Source: Vicinamibacteria bacterium
GTDB lineage: Bacteria; Acidobacteriota; Vicinamibacteria; Fen-336
Length of the DNA stretch: 62,684 nt
Assembly: GCA_025923995.1 (NCBI GenBank)
Contig: JAICEW010000002.1
Span: 1-62,684 of the forward strand
Reading direction: 5' to 3'
Shown: positions 59,065 to 62,684 of the stretch, piece by piece
Layout of the letters: the number at the start of each line of letters is the position of its first letter
Numbering within the stretch: the first letter of the stretch is position 1
The notes under the pieces: model-generated
Database searches by the model: none
Told to the model about the DNA's origin: nothing
Seen by the model: only the letters and a program-made list of their open reading frames with translations
Translations under genes and position numbers: made by a program

Positions 59065-60369
59065 CTAGTTGATCCCCCACCTCTGGTTCGCGCCACCGCC
59101 GCACGTCCAGATCTGGAGCTGCGTGCCGTCGGTGGTCGACACTCCGGTGACGTCGAGGCAGCTGTTGGGCGCATTCGCCGGCCGGAGCTCGAAGCCGCCC
59201 GCAGAATGCGGCACCACCCTCCACGACTGGGCGTTGGTGCCGTTGCACTGCCAGATCTGCACCCTCGTCCCGTTCGCCGTCCCCGCGCCCGCGACGTCGA
59301 GGCACCAGCCGCCGCCGATCTGCGACGCGATGTTGTAGTTGCCCGCGGGCACCACGTTCACGTTCGAGAAGTTCCAGTTCTGCGCGGCCGTCCCGTTGGC
59401 GGTCCAGATCTGGACCTTGTTGCCGTTGAAGGTCTGCGCGGCATTGAGGTCCATGCGCTTGCTGGTCGCGTGCTGAGGCGTCACGGTGTGGATGCCGTTG
59501 AGGTTCCCGCCGCCGCCGCCGCCCCCGCTGCCCTGGTACACGCGGACCCAGTCCACGAACACCTGGGCGGGGTTGGGCGTCGACGCGTTGGGCGGGCCCG
59601 GGAAGTTGCCGCCGATGGCCAGGTTCATGATCAGGAAGAACGGGTGGTTGAAGACCCACTGCGTCCCGGCCGGGATGTTCGACGGCGTGACGGTGAAGAA
59701 CGGCGTGTTGGGGTTGTCGCGGTAGAAGTCCATCCGGTTGGGCGCCCAGATGACGCCGTAGACGTGGTAGTTCCCGTCGTCGACGCGGCCGCCGTTGGGG
59801 AAGGTGAAGCTGCGGCCGATGTTGCCGCCCCCGGAATAGCCGGGCCCATGGAGAGCCGACGACGTGGTGCTCGGGCCGTACTGCGGGACCCACTCCATGA
59901 TGTCCTGCTCGCCGCACTGCGGCCAGCCGACGCTCGTGATGTCCGTCCCGAGCATCCAGAACGCGGGCCACAGCCCCGCGCCGATCGGCAGGCGCATGCG
60001 CGCCTCGATGCGCCCGTACTGGAACGACGCCTTGCCCTGGGTCTTCATGCGCCCGGAGGTCCAGGTGCCCCCGGAGTTGCGCGCACGGATCACCAGCTGC
60101 CCGGCGCCGTTCTGGAAGATGTTCGTGTTGGCGCTGCTGCACGGCGCCGCGTTGCTGCCCGGCGCGCAGTAGACCTGCAGCTCGTTGTTGCCCCAGCCGC
60201 CGCCTCCGGTGTCGTAGTTCCACTTCGACGCGTCGGGCGCCGCTCCGCTGGGCCCGTTGAACTCGTCGCTCCAGGTCAGCGTCCACTGGGCGTCGGCCGG
60301 CTGCGGCGCGGCGAGGAGGGACAAGACGATCAACACGAACGCGAACGACAACCGCTCTTTCTTGGACAT
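59065..60369 (-). CDS. GH16 beta-glucanase (laminarinase-like) with C-terminal ricin-B/CBM13 lectin domain
   Basis: WSDEFNG, WTSGRM, YGRIEAR, GLWPAFWMLG, catalytic GEQDIME; Gly linker; QxW repeats (AQNW, AQSW, NQRW). Confidence 0.93.
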   Translation of the reverse strand: MSKKERLSFAFVLIVLSLLAAPQPADAQWTLTWSDEFNGPSGAAPDASKWNYDTGGGGWGNNELQVYCAPGSNAAPCSSANTNIFQNGAGQLVIRARNSGGTWTSGRMKTQGKASFQYGRIEARMRLPIGAGLWPAFWMLGTDITSVGWPQCGEQDIMEWVPQYGPSTTSSALHGPGYSGGGNIGRSFTFPNGGRVDDGNYHVYGVIWAPNRMDFYRDNPNTPFFTVTPSNIPAGTQWVFNHPFFLIMNLAIGGNFPGPPNASTPNPAQVFVDWVRVYQGSGGGGGGGNLNGIHTVTPQHATSKRMDLNAAQTFNGNKVQIWTANGTAAQNWNFSNVNVVPAGNYNIASQIGGGWCLDVAGAGTANGTRVQIWQCNGTNAQSWRVVPHSAGGFELRPANAPNSCLDVTGVSTTDGTQLQIWTCGGGANQRWGIN

Positions 60370-60523
60370 CTTTCGACTCCTCGGGAGGAAGGTCGTTTCG
60401 CGGACTCCCAGCCGGCAACGGCGAGGAGAAGCGGGAAACGGCCGAGGAAAACCCGCATCGTCACGACGGGAAGGGGCTGCGAGGTCGATGCTAGCACGCT
60501 ATGCTTCGCGTCCCGGAGGCGAC

Positions 60524-61900
60524 ATGAACAAACCGTTGAACGCCGTGGCGCTGGCGCTGGTCGCGTCGGCTGCAGCCGCCCAGGCGCCCGCTCCCCCGCC
60601 GCCGGCCCTCGCGATCGAGAACGTGACGGTCCTTCCCATGGACTCGGAGCGCGTCCTCGAGGACCACACGGTCGTGATCGACGGGCGGCGCATCGTGGCG
60701 GTCGGCCCCAGCGCGACGACGAAGGCGCCCGACGGCGCGACCCGCATCGACGGGCGGGGCAAGTTCCTGCTGCCGGGCCTCACGGAGATGCACGCGCACT
60801 TCGTGGGCCCACAGGGCATCCAGCAGTACGGCGAGGCCCTGGCCGACCGCTTCCTGTACCTCAACGTCGCCTGCGGCGTGACGACCCTGCGCGGCATGAT
60901 CGGCGGGCCGCGGGACCTCACGGTACGCGAGGAGGTCGCGCGCGGCGCTCGGCTGGGCCCGCGGATCTTCACCGCGGGTCCCTCGGTCAACGGCAACAGC
61001 ACGCCCGACGTGCGCGCGGCCCGGCGCCACGTCACCGAGCAGCGCGCGGCCGGCTACGACCTCGTGAAGATCCACCCCGGCGTGCCACTCGCCGCCTTCG
61101 ACGAGGTGGCGCGCGTGGCGAGGGCCGAGGGCATTCCGTTCGCCGGGCACATCCCGGCCGCGGTCGGCTTGAAGCACGCGATGGACGCGGGCATCCGCAC
61201 GGTCGAGCACCTCGACGGCTACGTCGAGGCCCTCCAGAAGGACGGCGCCGCGCTTCCGGAGCAGACCGGCTTCTTCGGCTCCGCCATCGTCGACACGGTG
61301 GACGGGTCGAAGATGGGGCCGCTGGCCGCCGCCACGAAGGCGAAGGGCGTCTGGAACACGCCGACGCAGGTCCTGATCGACAACGTCTACGGCGGCGCGA
61401 CGATCGACGAGGTCGCCGCGCGCCCCGAGATGAAGTATGTGCCGAAGGCGATGCTCGAGCAGTGGCGGTCCGGCGCCGGGCAGTTCCGCGGGCCCGGGTT
61501 CGACGCCGCCAGCGGCAGGCGGTTCGTGGAGCTGCGCCGCCAGCTGATCCGCGCGCTGCGCGACGCCGGCGCGGGCCTCGTGCTGGGCGCCGATGCGCCG
61601 CAGGTGTTCAACGTGCCCGGGTTCGCGACGCTGCGCGAGCTGGAGTCGATGGTCGCCGCCGGCCTCACGCCGTTCCAGGCGCTCCAGGCCGGCACGAAGA
61701 ACCCCGCGATCGCGCTGGGCGTGCCGGACTCGTTCGGCACGGTCGCCGTCGGACGCCGCGCCGACCTGCTGCTGCTCGACGCCGACCCGCTCGCGGACAT
61801 CCGCAACGTCTGGAAGCGCGCGGGTGTCGTCCTGGCGGGGCGCTGGCTCCCCGCGAGCGAGCTGGACGCGAAGCTCTCCGAGTACGCGGGCGCGCCGTAG
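60524..61900 (+). CDS. Secreted amidohydrolase family protein
   Basis: Signal peptide; LPGLTEMHAH, GVTTLRGM, GHIP, EHLDG, GADAP, GRRADLLLLDADPL. Confidence 0.9.
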   Translation: MNKPLNAVALALVASAAAAQAPAPPPPALAIENVTVLPMDSERVLEDHTVVIDGRRIVAVGPSATTKAPDGATRIDGRGKFLLPGLTEMHAHFVGPQGIQQYGEALADRFLYLNVACGVTTLRGMIGGPRDLTVREEVARGARLGPRIFTAGPSVNGNSTPDVRAARRHVTEQRAAGYDLVKIHPGVPLAAFDEVARVARAEGIPFAGHIPAAVGLKHAMDAGIRTVEHLDGYVEALQKDGAALPEQTGFFGSAIVDTVDGSKMGPLAAATKAKGVWNTPTQVLIDNVYGGATIDEVAARPEMKYVPKAMLEQWRSGAGQFRGPGFDAASGRRFVELRRQLIRALRDAGAGLVLGADAPQVFNVPGFATLRELESMVAAGLTPFQALQAGTKNPAIALGVPDSFGTVAVGRRADLLLLDADPLADIRNVWKRAGVVLAGRWLPASELDAKLSEYAGAP

Positions 61901-62605
61901 CTAACGCAGCCGGCGGAACACGAACCGGCCCATCGAAGGCACCGTGCCGCCCACGTCGACGGGCGCGCCCGTCAGGCGATGGATGGCCTGGGGCGGCGCC
62001 GTCACGCGATCAGCCGACCGATAGCTGACGCCGCTGTCGGTCCCCGCGTCCCAGGGATGCAGGTCGACCGTGCGGTCGGCCCAGTCGCCGCTTTCGAGCA
62101 GGTTGAGTCCCGACACGCCCACGAACCAGTCGGGGCTGGGCGCCACCATCGTGACCAGCGTGACCAGGGGGTAGTCGACCGACACGTCGAACTCGAGGCT
62201 CGTCGACCCGGGCGAGCTGGGCACGTCGCTGCCCACGAGCAGGTGCTGCGCGTGGCCGGCGCGCATGGCGGCATCGACCTCGATGTCGAGCGGCGTCTGG
62301 CGCCCGCGCTCGGCCATCAGCCGGATCCCTTCGGTGGCCAGGCCGGCGTCCTGCCAGAAGCTCACCGTCCCGCGGTGCGTCCCGCCGATGAGGCCCGAGA
62401 AATGGGCGTTCGAGGGGAAGTCGGTCGGATGCGACGTGCTGTCCCATGTCGCCTCGAACGTCACGCGATAGCGCGCGGTGGCGGCGGGGCTGGGCCGCGT
62501 GACCGGCGCGGGCGTCGACGTCATCTCGACCGGCCCCTCACCTCCGCACGCGACCAGGATCGCGAAACACCCGGAGACGAAACTCGTAAGCATGGTTCGC
62601 GTCAT
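61901..62605 (-). CDS. Spondin_N domain lipoprotein
   Basis: ILVAC lipobox; YRVTFEATW, HFSGLIGGTH, MVAPSPDWFVG, WDAGTDSG. Confidence 0.85.
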   Translation of the reverse strand: MTRTMLTSFVSGCFAILVACGGEGPVEMTSTPAPVTRPSPAATARYRVTFEATWDSTSHPTDFPSNAHFSGLIGGTHRGTVSFWQDAGLATEGIRLMAERGRQTPLDIEVDAAMRAGHAQHLLVGSDVPSSPGSTSLEFDVSVDYPLVTLVTMVAPSPDWFVGVSGLNLLESGDWADRTVDLHPWDAGTDSGVSYRSADRVTAPPQAIHRLTGAPVDVGGTVPSMGRFVFRRLR

Positions 62606-62684
62606 GGGCAGCCTCCCTCGACCAGACCAGAACGCTCGGGGAGACGCGCTCATTCCAGGGATATGATTCCGCACGGATGGAGCC

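Noticed and set aside
58401-62684. Genomic island integrated at tRNA-Arg(UCG)
   Set aside because: No duplicated tRNA 3' end or integrase within the window

Overview
High-GC bacterial chromosomal window; gene content and style (DUF1800/DUF1501, DUF885, Ser/Thr kinase with PD40 repeats, wHTH-FHA, TMTC-like TPR protein) suggest Acidobacteriota, perhaps Vicinamibacteria (inference). Housekeeping blocks: ilvBHC-leuACDB operon, pheA-ilvD-pirin operon, a fadI-CaiB-fadJ-ACAD-DHH beta-oxidation operon, rph, rdgB, an RNase D-like nuclease, a HhH-GPD glycosylase, an Slt, tmRNA and four tRNAs (Pro-UGG, Arg-UCU, His-GUG, Arg-UCG). No CRISPR array, rRNA, integrase or transposase was found. Main points of interest: (1) a four-gene block at the 3' end of tmRNA (28.2-34.0 kb): signal-less S8 protease, a possible Cyt/volvatoxin-like pore former, an FxsC-type TIR protein and a MinD/ParA-ATPase-TM-WD40 chimera, a candidate conflict/defence system; (2) three unannotated leader-peptide attenuators (Ile/Leu/Val, Phe, and a Cys-rich one with no obvious sulfur target); (3) a protein-glutaminase-like catalytic gene followed by a separate gene resembling its usual N-terminal domain; (4) a candidate standalone ~120-nt sRNA; (5) an in-frame TGA in an acyl-CoA dehydrogenase; (6) repeated -10 boxes 6 nt before start codons (leaderless genes). 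All family calls come from motif recognition by eye; no searches were run.
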